Source: Candidatus Latescibacterota bacterium (GTDB lineage: Bacteria; Latescibacterota; UBA2968; UBA8231). From it: a stretch of DNA of 64,000 nucleotides. Made by a program: the position numbers and the translations under genes. Below, one piece after another: positions 10,494 through 20,677 of this stretch (position 1 is its first letter; each line of letters starts with the position of its first letter). The stretch spans positions 2,208,001 through 2,272,000 of the forward strand of contig OZ220089.1 of the NCBI GenBank assembly GCA_964291625.2, read 5' to 3'. Under the pieces are notes generated by a model. The model ran no database searches. It was given only the letters and a program-made list of their open reading frames with translations, and was not told the DNA's origin.

Positions 10494-12920
10494 ATGCTAC
10501 TTAGCTACCTGACAGTCGCCTGGCGAAACATGTCCCGCCAGTGGCTCCACTCCCTCATTGCGATTCTCGGACTCGCCGTCGGCATGTCCACGTGCAGCCT
10601 GGTTGCGGACCTGATCCGCCATGAGTTGAGCTACGATCGCTTCCACGAGAAGGCGGACCGGATCTTCAGGGTGACTCTGAAAGTGAGCAAGGGGGAGTCC
10701 GAGAGGAATCTGGCGACGATCAGGCTGAGAGCGCTGCGGGATCTCAATGCCAGGTATCCGGAGTTCCAATCCAGCGTGGGGCTCTTCGGGTTCGCCCTAT
10801 CCGAGGAGGTCGTGGTAACAAGGGGAGGCGACCGTTTCCTCGAGGAACCTTCCCGACTCACAGCCGTGGACGGTGACTTCTTCGCTGTCTTCAGCTTCAC
10901 CCTGCTGAAGGGCAATCCCGAGACGGCATTGAAAGGTAACGGGCGCGTCGTCATCACCGAGACTACTGCGGCCAGGTACTTTGGTCACGCCGACCCCCTT
11001 GGCCAGGAGATACACCTCCCGTACGAAGGCGGCACAAGGGCCGTTGTGTCAGGCGTCATCGAAGACTTCCCCCCCAACTCCCATCTGGACTTCGACTTTC
11101 TCTTCTCTCCGCAACAGCAAGGTCTTCCCGGAGGTTTCCTCGACCTTGTACGGGCGCACTTCTACGTGGTGCTTCCAAGTGGGACGGATGTCGCGGAAGT
11201 GACAGACAAGCTGCAACTGACCCACCAGGAGTGCCAGAATGCAGCCCCCGGTCGAGCCAGCGATGACATCACCTGCGATGTGGACCTTCAACCGCTCGCC
11301 GACGTCCACCTCTCCTCCGGGCTGGAGCACGACTGGGGGACGACCCGGACCTTGAGTGATCTGTATGAGTATGGAGGCATAGCGTGTGTCATATTGCTGA
11401 TAGGATGCCTCAACTTCATCAGTATGTCGACCAACCAGGGGGTTGGACGTGCGCGGGAAGTCGGTCTGCGCAAGGCCATCGGCGCTGAACGTCGTTCCTT
11501 GATTCTGCAATTCTATTGCGAGTCGACCCTCCATTCCCTGGCAGCGTTGCTCTTGGCGATTCCGCTGGCCGAAGCACTTGTACCGTTGGTCAACTCGGTC
11601 GTTGGTGACGAATTCAGGCCCGGGGCCTACGCCAATTGGGAGACATGGGTGGTCATGCTCGGCGTTGCATTGCTCGTAGGGGCTGTCTCGAGTACGTATC
11701 CCTCACTACTGCTCTCTCGCCTGAGAGTAGTCGAGAGCATAAAGGGCCGCCACTTCAGCGGCGCCAGTCAGAGCGGGGTGCGCAAGATAGTGACAGTGCT
11801 GCAGTTCGGCACCGCCACCGCATTCGTAGGAGCGGCAGGTGTGGCCTACGATCAGGTGGAGTACCTCGGGGTGAAGGACCTTGGATTCGCGCCGGACAGG
11901 ATCCTGGTCGTCGACGGAGGAATCAACCAGTGGAACCTCGGGCTGTTCAAGAGTGAACTCCTGGAGAGCCCGAAGATCGCCGGCGTATCGGGTGTCTCCA
12001 GCAGCCCGGCGCGGCAGGCTCCTTCGACAGCAAGGAGATGCACCGGAAGCGGAGTCGGATCCGGGCCCATTGACTGTGATCTGCTGTTTGTGGACGAAGA
12101 CCTGGTGGACTTGATGGATCTGAAGATGGTTTCTGGAGCGGGTTTTGACGGGAGGCACGGATCTGGCGAGTCACCTGTCTTGATAAACGAGAGGGCTGCC
12201 CGAGAGTGGGGATGGGCGGACCCCGTGGGCAAGACGGTCGAGTTCGAGTTCTGGAGGCAGAGCCGGAAGGCGCAGGTTGCCGGTGTTGTCAAGGACTTCC
12301 ACTGGCATGCACTACATGAGGAAATGCGACCCATGGTGTTGGTAATGCACTCGGAGGCGATTCCCGCCAGTACGGTGAACAAGACCTTCGTCAAGCTCCA
12401 TGATGATGAATCGCTGCGGGAGACGATCTCCCTGGTCAGAGAGAAGTGGGAAGAGGTTGCCGCGGTCCAGGGCGATTTCTCGTACGCATTCCTCCAGGAG
12501 GAACTGGATGAACTGTATCGTCAGGATATCCAGGACGCACGGGTCTTCGGGCTTCTGGCGGGCTTCGCAATGCTCACGGCCTGCCTGGGTTTGTTCGGTT
12601 TGGCATCGTACCGTACCGAGATCCGCAAGAGAGAAATCGCCATCCGGAAGGTGGTGGGTGCCTCCACGGGGCGCGTTGTGCTCATGTTGATTGGAGAGTT
12701 CGGGGAATTGGCCTTGGTCGGGAATCTGGTCGCATTGCCGGTCGTGTACTACAGCATGGCGATGTGGCTCCAGAATTTCGCCTATCGCGTTGATATCTGG
12801 TCTCAATTCCTCGCGGCTGCGATACTGCTGGGGATGGCCATCGCATTCGTGCCGGTAGCATTCCATTCGGCAGGAGCTGCGCTCAGCAACCCGATCGACA
12901 ACATACGGCTGGGGGAATAA
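10494..12920 (+). CDS. MacB/FtsX-family duplicated ABC permease, paralog 5
   Basis: 808 aa; MLLSYLTVAWRNM, REVGLRKAIGA, DFHWHALH, REIAIRKVVGA; visibly more AT-rich than paralogs 3 and 6. Confidence 0.92.
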   Translation: MLLSYLTVAWRNMSRQWLHSLIAILGLAVGMSTCSLVADLIRHELSYDRFHEKADRIFRVTLKVSKGESERNLATIRLRALRDLNARYPEFQSSVGLFGFALSEEVVVTRGGDRFLEEPSRLTAVDGDFFAVFSFTLLKGNPETALKGNGRVVITETTAARYFGHADPLGQEIHLPYEGGTRAVVSGVIEDFPPNSHLDFDFLFSPQQQGLPGGFLDLVRAHFYVVLPSGTDVAEVTDKLQLTHQECQNAAPGRASDDITCDVDLQPLADVHLSSGLEHDWGTTRTLSDLYEYGGIACVILLIGCLNFISMSTNQGVGRAREVGLRKAIGAERRSLILQFYCESTLHSLAALLLAIPLAEALVPLVNSVVGDEFRPGAYANWETWVVMLGVALLVGAVSSTYPSLLLSRLRVVESIKGRHFSGASQSGVRKIVTVLQFGTATAFVGAAGVAYDQVEYLGVKDLGFAPDRILVVDGGINQWNLGLFKSELLESPKIAGVSGVSSSPARQAPSTARRCTGSGVGSGPIDCDLLFVDEDLVDLMDLKMVSGAGFDGRHGSGESPVLINERAAREWGWADPVGKTVEFEFWRQSRKAQVAGVVKDFHWHALHEEMRPMVLVMHSEAIPASTVNKTFVKLHDDESLRETISLVREKWEEVAAVQGDFSYAFLQEELDELYRQDIQDARVFGLLAGFAMLTACLGLFGLASYRTEIRKREIAIRKVVGASTGRVVLMLIGEFGELALVGNLVALPVVYYSMAMWLQNFAYRVDIWSQFLAAAILLGMAIAFVPVAFHSAGAALSNPIDNIRLGE

Positions 12921-15397
12921 GTGCTGCGCAACTACCTGGTCATCGCCGTGCGCAACCTGATGCGCCACCGCCTGCACACGGCCATCAACCTCGCGGGACT
13001 GAGCCTGGGCCTGGCCTTCTGCCTGCTCGCCTGGCGCTTCGCCTCCCAGGAGTGGTCCTTCGACCGCTTCCACGGCAAGGCCGGCCGGATCTATCGCGTC
13101 GTCTCTCTGTTCCAGGGCCCCGAAGGGGCGCCGATGCAGACGGCCGATGCGACCCCGTTCGCCTTCGCGCCGCAGCTGGAGGCCCTCTCCCCCCACGTGG
13201 AGCGCACCGTCCGTCTCAGCGCCGCGAGAGGCAGCGACAGAGACGACCGAGTGGTGCGCACCACCTTCGAGGGCAGCTCCCAAGACGAGGAGTTCCTCCT
13301 CGTCGATCCCTCGTTCCTCGAGGTCTTCGACTTCCCGCTGCTGCGGGGGGACGCCTCCACGGCCCTGGCCGAGCGCAACTCCGTCGTCCTGGGCCACGAG
13401 ATGGCTCGGCGCCTCTTCGGCGACGCCGATCCGCTGGGGCAGAGCCTGACGATCGCCTCGCTGGCCACCGTCGATGTGGAGGACTTCATCATCACCGGGG
13501 TGGCCGCACCGGTCCCGCGCACCTCGTCGATCCGCTTCAACATGCTGCTGCCAATACGGACCTTCTATTCCACGACTCGCCGGACGCGTGGGAAGGCTCC
13601 TGCAATGCCTACGTCCTGCTCGCGGACGGCTCGGCCGCCGCCGACGTGGTGCCGGCCCTCGCGCAGATGACGCGGAACCTGCTCCCCTCCGGAGAAGGGG
13701 AGATGCCCGAGGACTTCTCCATCTACCATCTGCAACCGCTCACCGACCTGCGCTCGGACACGGGCCTGATGCGATGGGTCGGGCACGGCGTTGTCGAACC
13801 GAGGGACCCGTACGTCTCCTACGTGCTCGGCGGCATCGCCCTGGCGGTGCTGCTGATGGGCTGCATCAACTTCGTCAACCTGGCCATCGGGCGAGCCTCC
13901 CAGCGCGCCCCCGAGGTGGGCGTGCGCAAGGCGGTGGGCGCCGGACGGGACCAGCTGATCCGCCAGTTCATCGGCGAGTCCTCGGTGCTCGCCGTCCTCG
14001 GGCTCGGTGCCGGCTGCGTGCTGGCGGCGCTGCTGCTGCCGGCCTTCAACGCCACCTTCTCCCACGAGCTTGACCTCGGCCTGCTTGAACCGGGCATGCT
14101 GGCCGCACTGGCGGCGCTGCTGCTGCTCGTCAGCCTGGGGGCCGGCTGGTATCCGGCCCTCGTCCTCTCCCGGCTGGCGCCCCTGAGCGCGATCCAGCGA
14201 AGCGTCTCCATGGCCGGAACGGCGCGGTTCAGCCGCGTGCTCGTCTGTGCGCAGCTGGCCATCTCCGCGGGCCTGATCACCTGCACCTTGGTCATGTACC
14301 ACCAGCTCGAGCACGTCATGGCCCGCGACGTGGGCATGGACCAGGAGCGGGTCATCGCCGTGCATGCCGCAGCTCTCTACGACATGGACCCCGACCATCC
14401 AGCGCTCGTGGAGGCGTTCCTGCGGCATCACCGGATCGCCTCGGCCACCCTGGTGGACGAAGACTTCCTGGAGGATCCCCACGGTAGTGTCGACCTGGCC
14501 GTGGCGGAGAGCGGACGGGAGACGAAGGTCCGCCCCTATGTGGTCGATCACAACTTCGTCCGGACCATGGACCTGGAGCTGCTGCGCGGCCGCGACTTCT
14601 CGGTGCAGCAAGGCGACAAGCAGGGTCTGGCTCTGATTTCCGAGAGCGCCGCGGCGCGCCTGGGGCTGTCCGACCCCATCGATCAGATGATCAAGGTGGG
14701 GTCGATGAGGAACTCGGAGCTCAGCCAGATCAGCGGTGCACGCGGAGACGGGGCCCGGATCGTCGGCGTCGTCAAGGACTTCACCTTCGAGTCGGGCTAC
14801 GAGGAGGCCCCGCCGGGCCTGCTGCTGCTCAACCCCCACCTGGGGCCGGACATCTACGAGGCAGAACTCATGCTCGTGCGCGTCAAGCCGGGAGACCTGC
14901 AGGAGGTCATCCGTTACATGGACGAGACGTGGACCCGGATCGTCGACCACGCGGACTTCCACTTCTCCTTCCTGCAGCAGGACCTGGAGGCCGCCTACCG
15001 CGACGAGCTGCGCTGGCGCCGCGTCATCACCTGGGCCGCCGCCGGCGCCGTCCTCATCTCCGCCCTCGGCGCCTTCGCCCTCACCGCCCTCGCCGTCGGG
15101 CGCCGCACCAAGGAGATCGGCATCCGCAAGGCCCTCGGCGCCACCGTCGTCGGCCTCACCGCCCTTATGGCCCGCGAGTTCGCCTGGCTCGGCCTCCTCG
15201 GCGCCGCCGCCGCCTGCCCCCTCGCTTGGTGGTGGATGCGCGACTGGCTCGACGGCTTCGCCTTCCGCATCGACCTGGCCCCCTGGCACTTCGCCGCCGG
15301 GACCGCCATCGCCTTGGCAGCGGTCCTGATCAGCGCCGGGCACCAGGCCTGGCGGGCGGCCCGGGCGGACCCGGTGCGGGCGCTGCGATACGAATAG
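12921..15397 (+). pseudogene. MacB/FtsX-family permease, paralog 6, frameshifted near 13552
   Basis: GTG start adjacent to previous stop; 7 nt shorter than paralog 3 at LLP(FD)N, then the permease continues in another frame to ...LRYE; may be a sequencing error. Confidence 0.8.
14963..15397 (+). repeat. Near-identical 3' block shared with 7601-8035
   Basis: Direct comparison of the two sequences. Confidence 0.9.
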
Positions 15398-15658
15398 CGT
15401 ATCTCGCAACGTATTGTGCCGCAATCGGTTATCACGCGACGGGACAATAAGATCAGACGACTGACTCTAACGGCTCGACACAGCCCAAGAGCCTATCCTG
15501 GCCGTTGAGGTGAAGAGGCAGGACCGCTATCACAACATCATACAGGGCCGCCGCGGAGCCGGGGGTGAGTTGTTGTGACCGAGGTGGCGTTCCCCTCAGC
15601 GCACTGACCGACCTCCGGCGCCCTCAAGCCAGGATCCCGCGCGCCCGCATCCCCCGGC

Positions 15659-15696
15659 TGTCCGCCAGCGGACAGCGATTGTAGCACCTGCGGACA
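15659..15696 (+). promoter_or_regulatory. Putative tandem enhancer (UAS) for a sigma-54 activator
   Basis: TGTCCGCCAGCGGACA-gcgat-TGTAGCACCTGCGGACA, starting 93 bp upstream of a -24/-12 element. Confidence 0.7.
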
Positions 15697-15751
15697 GCCC
15701 CGCAGCGCCCTCCCTTTCCATAAGTCACGGCGGCTCAACCACTAACGACCG

Positions 15752-15767
15752 TGGCACGCAGGTTGCG
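15752..15767 (+). promoter_or_regulatory. Sigma-54 (-24/-12) promoter of permease 7
   Basis: TGGCACG-CAGG-TTGC matches TGGCACG-N4-TTGC; about 55 nt upstream of ATG 15823. Confidence 0.85.
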
Positions 15768-15822
15768 TTCCCCTTCGAGGCCGTCGTGAAGACACGACGC
15801 ACTCGAAGGGAGGACTGAGCCG

Positions 15823-18199
15823 ATGCTGCGCAACTACCTGGTGTGCGCCTGGCGCAATCTGTGGCGCTACCGGATGTATTCCGTCATCAACGTGGGCGGG
15901 CTGGCCGCGGCCTACGTGGTCACCATCATGGTGGGCCTGTTCCTGCACGGCGAGATGACCTGGGACCGCTTCCACGCCCGCGGCGAGCGGATCTACCAGG
16001 TCTACGTGATCTGGCGTCAGGCCGAGGACCGCCAGGCGCTGCGCAACTCCTACCGCTGGACGCCGGGGGCCCTGGGCGCCGAGATGGTGGCCACCGTCCC
16101 CGGGGTGCTGCGCTCGGTGCGCCTCGAGGAGGAGAAACAGGCCCTGCTGAGCTACGAGGACCGGGTCTTCGAGGAGCAGGGACTGCATGCCGATCCCGGG
16201 TTCTTCGAGCTCTTCACCTTCCCCCTGGTCGCCGGCGATCCGGCCACCGCCCTGACCGCGCCCGGATCGATCGTGGTCTCGACGCGGCTGGCGCGGCGGC
16301 TCTTCGGCGACCAGGAACCGATGGGCCGGACCGTCCAGCTCGGGTGGCGCGGGGACGGCGGGGACTTCGTCGTCACCGGGGTCGCCGACGACGTGCCCTA
16401 CGCGTCCAGCCTGCGCTTCGACTGGGTGATCCCCTTCGTCCACCACCTGGACCATATCGACCGGTCGTACGGGGAGGATGCCAGTCCCTGGGTCACGGCC
16501 GGCCAGACCTTCCTGGAGATAGCCGACGCCGAGGGCGTGGAGGCGGCCCGGGCCTTCGACCTCGACCGCTACATGGAGAAGGATGAGCAGGGCGACGATC
16601 TGGCCCTGGTTCCCCTCTTCGACAAGCGGCTGCACCAGGGCCTCAGCAGAGGCAGGATGACCCTGGTCTACGGCTACGCCTTCGTCGCTTTCCTGGTGCT
16701 CCTGCTGGCCTGCATCAACTTCGCCAACCTGGCGGCGGGCCTGTCGCTGACGAGGGCCCGGGAGGTCGGGGTGCGCAAGGTGATCGGCGCCGGCCGGGGA
16801 CAGGTCATGGGGCAGTACCTGGCAGAGGCCGTGCTGCTCAGCTTCGGGGCCCTGGCCCTGGCCGTGCCGCTCACCGAGAGCTTGCTGCCGGGCCTCAACC
16901 GCCTCGGGACCTGGGGCCAGGCCCTCCTGCAACTCGACATGCGCTATACGGCGGAAACGGCGGCGGCCCTGGCGGGCCTCGCCGTCGTCATGGGGCTCGT
17001 GGCCGGCGCCTACCCGGCCCTGGTGCAGTCGCGCATGCAGCCGTTGGACATTCTGCGGAATCGCCTCCAGGCGGGAACCCGGGCCGGCAGCGTTCTGGTG
17101 GTCCTGCAGTTCGCGGCCTCCACCGTCTTCCTCACGACGGCCCTGGTCGTGAGCAGGCAGGTCGACCACTGGACCTCCCTCGACCAGGGCTACGACCCGG
17201 GCTCGGTGGTGTGCCTTCCGACTCTCGCCCAATCGACGGCGGACGGCGTGCACCCGTCCCAACGCTTCCTCGAGATCTTCCGCCGCGAGGTTCGGCCCCT
17301 TCCGGGCGTCCTCGACGTGTCCGGCTCGACGGACTTCGTCTCGGGACATGGGAGCTTCCACCTCGAGGGCAAGGAGGGGCCCTGGATCGCCCAGATCGAG
17401 GTCGATCCCGGCTTCGTCCGCACCCTCGGCCTGGAGCTGATCGAGGGCGAGGACTTCCCGCCCGACGCGGTGGCCAGCGGCGGTCTGGCCCTCGTCAACC
17501 AGGGCCTGGCGGATCGCCTGGAGGGCCGGGCGATCGGTACCGAGCTGGTGGGCGAGCGCGGGCAGCAGCCGCGGATCATCGGCGTGGTCTCCAACTTCGA
17601 GCACAAGTCCTACATCCCGGCCTCCTACCCCACCCTGATCAGCGTGCGGCCCGACCGCCCCATCGAGACGGTGCTGGTGCGCCTGCGGGCCGGGGATCCG
17701 TCCCGCGCCCTCGCCGGCCTGCGCGAGGCCTGGGACCGGCTGGCGCCGGGGGCGCCCTTCAGCTACCGGTTTCTCGAAGACCATATCGCCGACCGCCACC
17801 GGCACAGGGGAGTCCTCGCCAGCCGCCTGCGCTGGCTGGCCGGGGTTCCTCGCCCTGATCTCCTGTCTCGGCGTCTTCGGCATGGCCTCCCTCGCGGTGA
17901 GCAAGCGCCGAAAGGAGGTCGGCATCCGCAAGGTCCACGGCGCCTCGGTGACGAGCGTGGTCGTGCTGCTGTCGTCCCGGTCCACGAGGCTGGTGCTGCT
18001 CGCCGTGGCCATCGGCCTGCCCCTCGCCTACCAGCTCTCGGAGCGCTTTCTCGCGGAGGAGGTGAACCGCATCGACCTCGACCTGCTCAGCTACCTGGCG
18101 GGCGGCTTCATCGCCCTCGGCCTGACCTGGCTGGTGTCGGGGTACCACGCCCTGCGCGCGGCCCTCATGAACCCGGTGCACTCGCTGAGCGACGAGTAG
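15823..18199 (+). pseudogene. MacB/FtsX-family permease, paralog 7, frameshifted near 17845
   Basis: GGGAGG RBS, MLRNYLVCAWRNL; after GCCGGGGTTCCTC the motif LISCLGVFGMA...KEVGIRKVHGA...NPVHSLSDE continues in another frame; indel lies at a G4/CC run, so could be a sequencing error. Confidence 0.8.
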
Positions 18200-18209
18200 G
18201 AGAAGATCC

Positions 18210-18788
18210 GTGATCGAAGTGATCGAGGACATCGCCCTGCACTGGCACGGTCTCACCGCCGTTTCCACTCTGTTCATTGCGGGCGGCACGACCGTCTCCG
18301 CCATCCTGACGCGGGCTCTCATCAGGGAGAACCGGCTGCTCAGGAAGGCGGACTCGGAGCCGAGGGTTGTCGCCTACTTGGCCAACCTCTCGAATGTCGG
18401 CCGCGGCGCCGCCCGGAACGTGAGCTTCCGGTTTCTCACCAGCGAAGCCGATTTCGAGAGCCATGGAGTCAGTGTGAGCAACACCCCCGACCGGCGACCC
18501 CTCGGCTTCCTTCCCCAGGGAGAGACGTATGCCGTGCTCTTCGGGGCGGTCGATCGCCTGCTCGGGAAACCGCGGCTTCGGCCCTTCCATGTCGCGGTCT
18601 CCTACCAGGACCTGGACGGCAAGCCACGTTCAGAGAAGTTCCTGCTGGATGCAGGACAGTTCGAAGGGTTCCGCAGCCTCGGAGCGCCGCCCGAGCAGGA
18701 GATGGCGGAATCCCTGAAGAAGATCGCGGGCCACCTCGCCCAGGCTAGCCCCGGCGGTCAGGGGTCTGCCGCTCCAGCCGGTGGCTGA
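18210..18788 (+). CDS. Hypothetical protein with N-terminal TM helix
   Basis: AGGAG RBS and GTG 10 nt after the permease stop; TM segment followed by NVGRGAARNVSF. Confidence 0.6.
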   Translation: MIEVIEDIALHWHGLTAVSTLFIAGGTTVSAILTRALIRENRLLRKADSEPRVVAYLANLSNVGRGAARNVSFRFLTSEADFESHGVSVSNTPDRRPLGFLPQGETYAVLFGAVDRLLGKPRLRPFHVAVSYQDLDGKPRSEKFLLDAGQFEGFRSLGAPPEQEMAESLKKIAGHLAQASPGGQGSAAPAGG

Positions 18789-18795
18789 CCTGCCT

Positions 18796-20010
18796 TCAGA
18801 AGGGCCGCCACCTCGGCGACCGTTCCTCCCGGTCGGGGGTGTTGGTGAGATTGACCGGCATGACCGGGCGCTCCTCGACGTGGTCCCAGTCGAAGCCGAC
18901 CGCGGAGACGATGAAGATGTCGAAGGCGCCCTGCGGGGTGTACTTGCCGGTCCTGTTGCTGAAGTGCACGTCCAGGGTGCCGTCCTCCCGGAAGTTCATC
19001 TTCCCCTGGTAGGCCAGGGCCCGGCCGTCCGGTGACCAGACCGGGTCCTGCTCGAAGGTGTGCTTGGCCACCGTGACGCGCACCTGCCTGCCGCTCTCGA
19101 CATCGGCCAGCATCAGTTCCTCGCCTCCGAACCGTTCGGAGTTGAAGGCCAGCCGGCTGCCCTCGGGAGACCAGGCCGCGTGCCAGTCGTAGTGGGAGTC
19201 GTGGGTGAGGCGGCGCAGGTTGGAGCCATCGGCGTCGACGAGGTAGATCTCGTCATTGCCGTCGTACTGGCTGGAGGTGAAGGCGATGTGGTCTCCGTCC
19301 GGAGACCACGCCGGCTCCCGGCCCAGCACCAGCTTGCGCTTGTTGCCGCCGTCGGAGTCCATGAGCCAGATCGCCACGTCGCCGTCGCGATGGCTGTGGA
19401 AGGCGATGGTGCCGCCGTCGGGGGACCAGGCCGGCTGGTCGTCCCGCTCGGGGTGCTCGGTGAGCCGCCGCTCGGCGCCGCCGTCCGCCGCCATCACGTA
19501 GATGTCGATGTTGGTTGTCACGTGGCCGCGGGCGAAGGCGATCTCCCTGCCGTCGGGGGACCACGCGGGGTACTGCTCGAACTCGGGAGTGTCGGTGAGG
19601 CGGGTGGGTTCGCCGCCGGCAGCGGGCATGGTGTAGAGGTCCCAGTCCCGCACGGCGACCGGCGTGGCGGCGTAGAGGATGGTTCCCCGGGGCTGATAGC
19701 CGCCGTTGTGACCGCCGGGGATGGTGATCGTCAACCCGTAGCTGCGAACGCCGGCGACGGACGCCGGCTCCACCTTCAACTCGCGGCTCATCACCTGTTG
19801 GCTGGTCACGACGTTGATGGCGTAGGCCCCCTCCCTGACATCCCCGAAGGAGACGGACCCCGCGTCGACGAGGCGGTTGAATCCGGGCCGGACCTCACCC
19901 GCGTCCAGCCGGACCTTGTTCCCGTCGCCGCCCTCGATTCGAATCGTCACTTCGTTGCCGCCGCACGAAACGACTGCCAGCAGCGACAGCATGGTCGCGC
20001 GCAACCTCAT
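18796..20010 (-). CDS. TolB-like PD40 beta-propeller protein, probable lipoprotein
   Basis: AGGAGG RBS; LLAVVSC lipobox-like segment; repeated PAWSPDG..IAF and DIY.M.ADG motifs. Confidence 0.85.
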   Translation of the reverse strand: MRLRATMLSLLAVVSCGGNEVTIRIEGGDGNKVRLDAGEVRPGFNRLVDAGSVSFGDVREGAYAINVVTSQQVMSRELKVEPASVAGVRSYGLTITIPGGHNGGYQPRGTILYAATPVAVRDWDLYTMPAAGGEPTRLTDTPEFEQYPAWSPDGREIAFARGHVTTNIDIYVMAADGGAERRLTEHPERDDQPAWSPDGGTIAFHSHRDGDVAIWLMDSDGGNKRKLVLGREPAWSPDGDHIAFTSSQYDGNDEIYLVDADGSNLRRLTHDSHYDWHAAWSPEGSRLAFNSERFGGEELMLADVESGRQVRVTVAKHTFEQDPVWSPDGRALAYQGKMNFREDGTLDVHFSNRTGKYTPQGAFDIFIVSAVGFDWDHVEERPVMPVNLTNTPDREERSPRWRPF

Positions 20011-20140
20011 GGCCCCTCCTTGAACCGTGTCCACACTCCTCTCCGAGCTAGGCGCGATCGTGGACATAGTCAAGCCAGCCGGCGAACCCAGGGTCCGCGG
20101 GGCCGGAGGACGGACCGGAGCCAGCGGTCTTTGCGCGAGG

Positions 20141-20509
20141 TCAGGCCGGGCCCAGGGCCTTTTCCACCACCCGGAGGATCTGCTCGTTCGTCCAGGGCTT
20201 GATGACGAAGTCAGCGGCCCCGGCCCGGAGGCCCTGCGCCGCCAGTTCGTTGGACCCCCACGACGCCATCAGGACGACGGGCACCTGCGGCCGCCGGCCC
20301 TTGATCGCCTTCAGCAGCTCCAGGCCCTCCTCGCCGCTGGCCCAGCGGGAGAAGTGCATGTCCTGCAGGACCAGCTCCCAGTCGCCGTGCTCCAGCCGCT
20401 GCAGGGCCTCGGCCGGAGAGGCGGCGGCGGCCGAGCGGTATCCGGCCTTCTTGAGCAACAGGGCCAGGCTCGTGGTCACCATGGGATCGTCGTCGACAAC
20501 CAGGATCAT
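20141..20509 (-). CDS. Stand-alone response regulator receiver protein
   Basis: MILVVDDD, LQDMHF (phosphoacceptor Asp), FVIKPW; 122 aa with no output domain. Confidence 0.85.
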   Translation of the reverse strand: MILVVDDDPMVTTSLALLLKKAGYRSAAAASPAEALQRLEHGDWELVLQDMHFSRWASGEEGLELLKAIKGRRPQVPVVLMASWGSNELAAQGLRAGAADFVIKPWTNEQILRVVEKALGPA

Positions 20510-20558
20510 GGCTTCCCCATTCGCGGCAGGGTTGCAGACCACGCTTCGACACGATCGT

Positions 20559-20574
20559 AGCAACAGCCGCGCCA
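20559..20574 (-). promoter_or_regulatory. Sigma-54 (-24/-12) promoter of the receiver gene
   Basis: Minus strand reads TGGCGCG-GCTG-TTGCT, about 50 nt upstream of ATG 20509. Confidence 0.8.
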
Positions 20575-20640
20575 CGAGGCGTTACTCCTTGTCCCACCGG
20601 TAGTTGCGGCATCATCGGAGGCTTCCGGCACGGCGCGCGG

Positions 20641-20677
20641 TGGTCGCCTGCGATACAGAAGTGTCCATCCGTGGACA
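20641..20677 (-). promoter_or_regulatory. Putative tandem enhancer (UAS) for a sigma-54 activator
   Basis: Minus strand TGTCCACGGATGGACA-cttc-TGTATCGCAGGCGACCA, starting 103 bp upstream of the -24 element. Confidence 0.7.
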
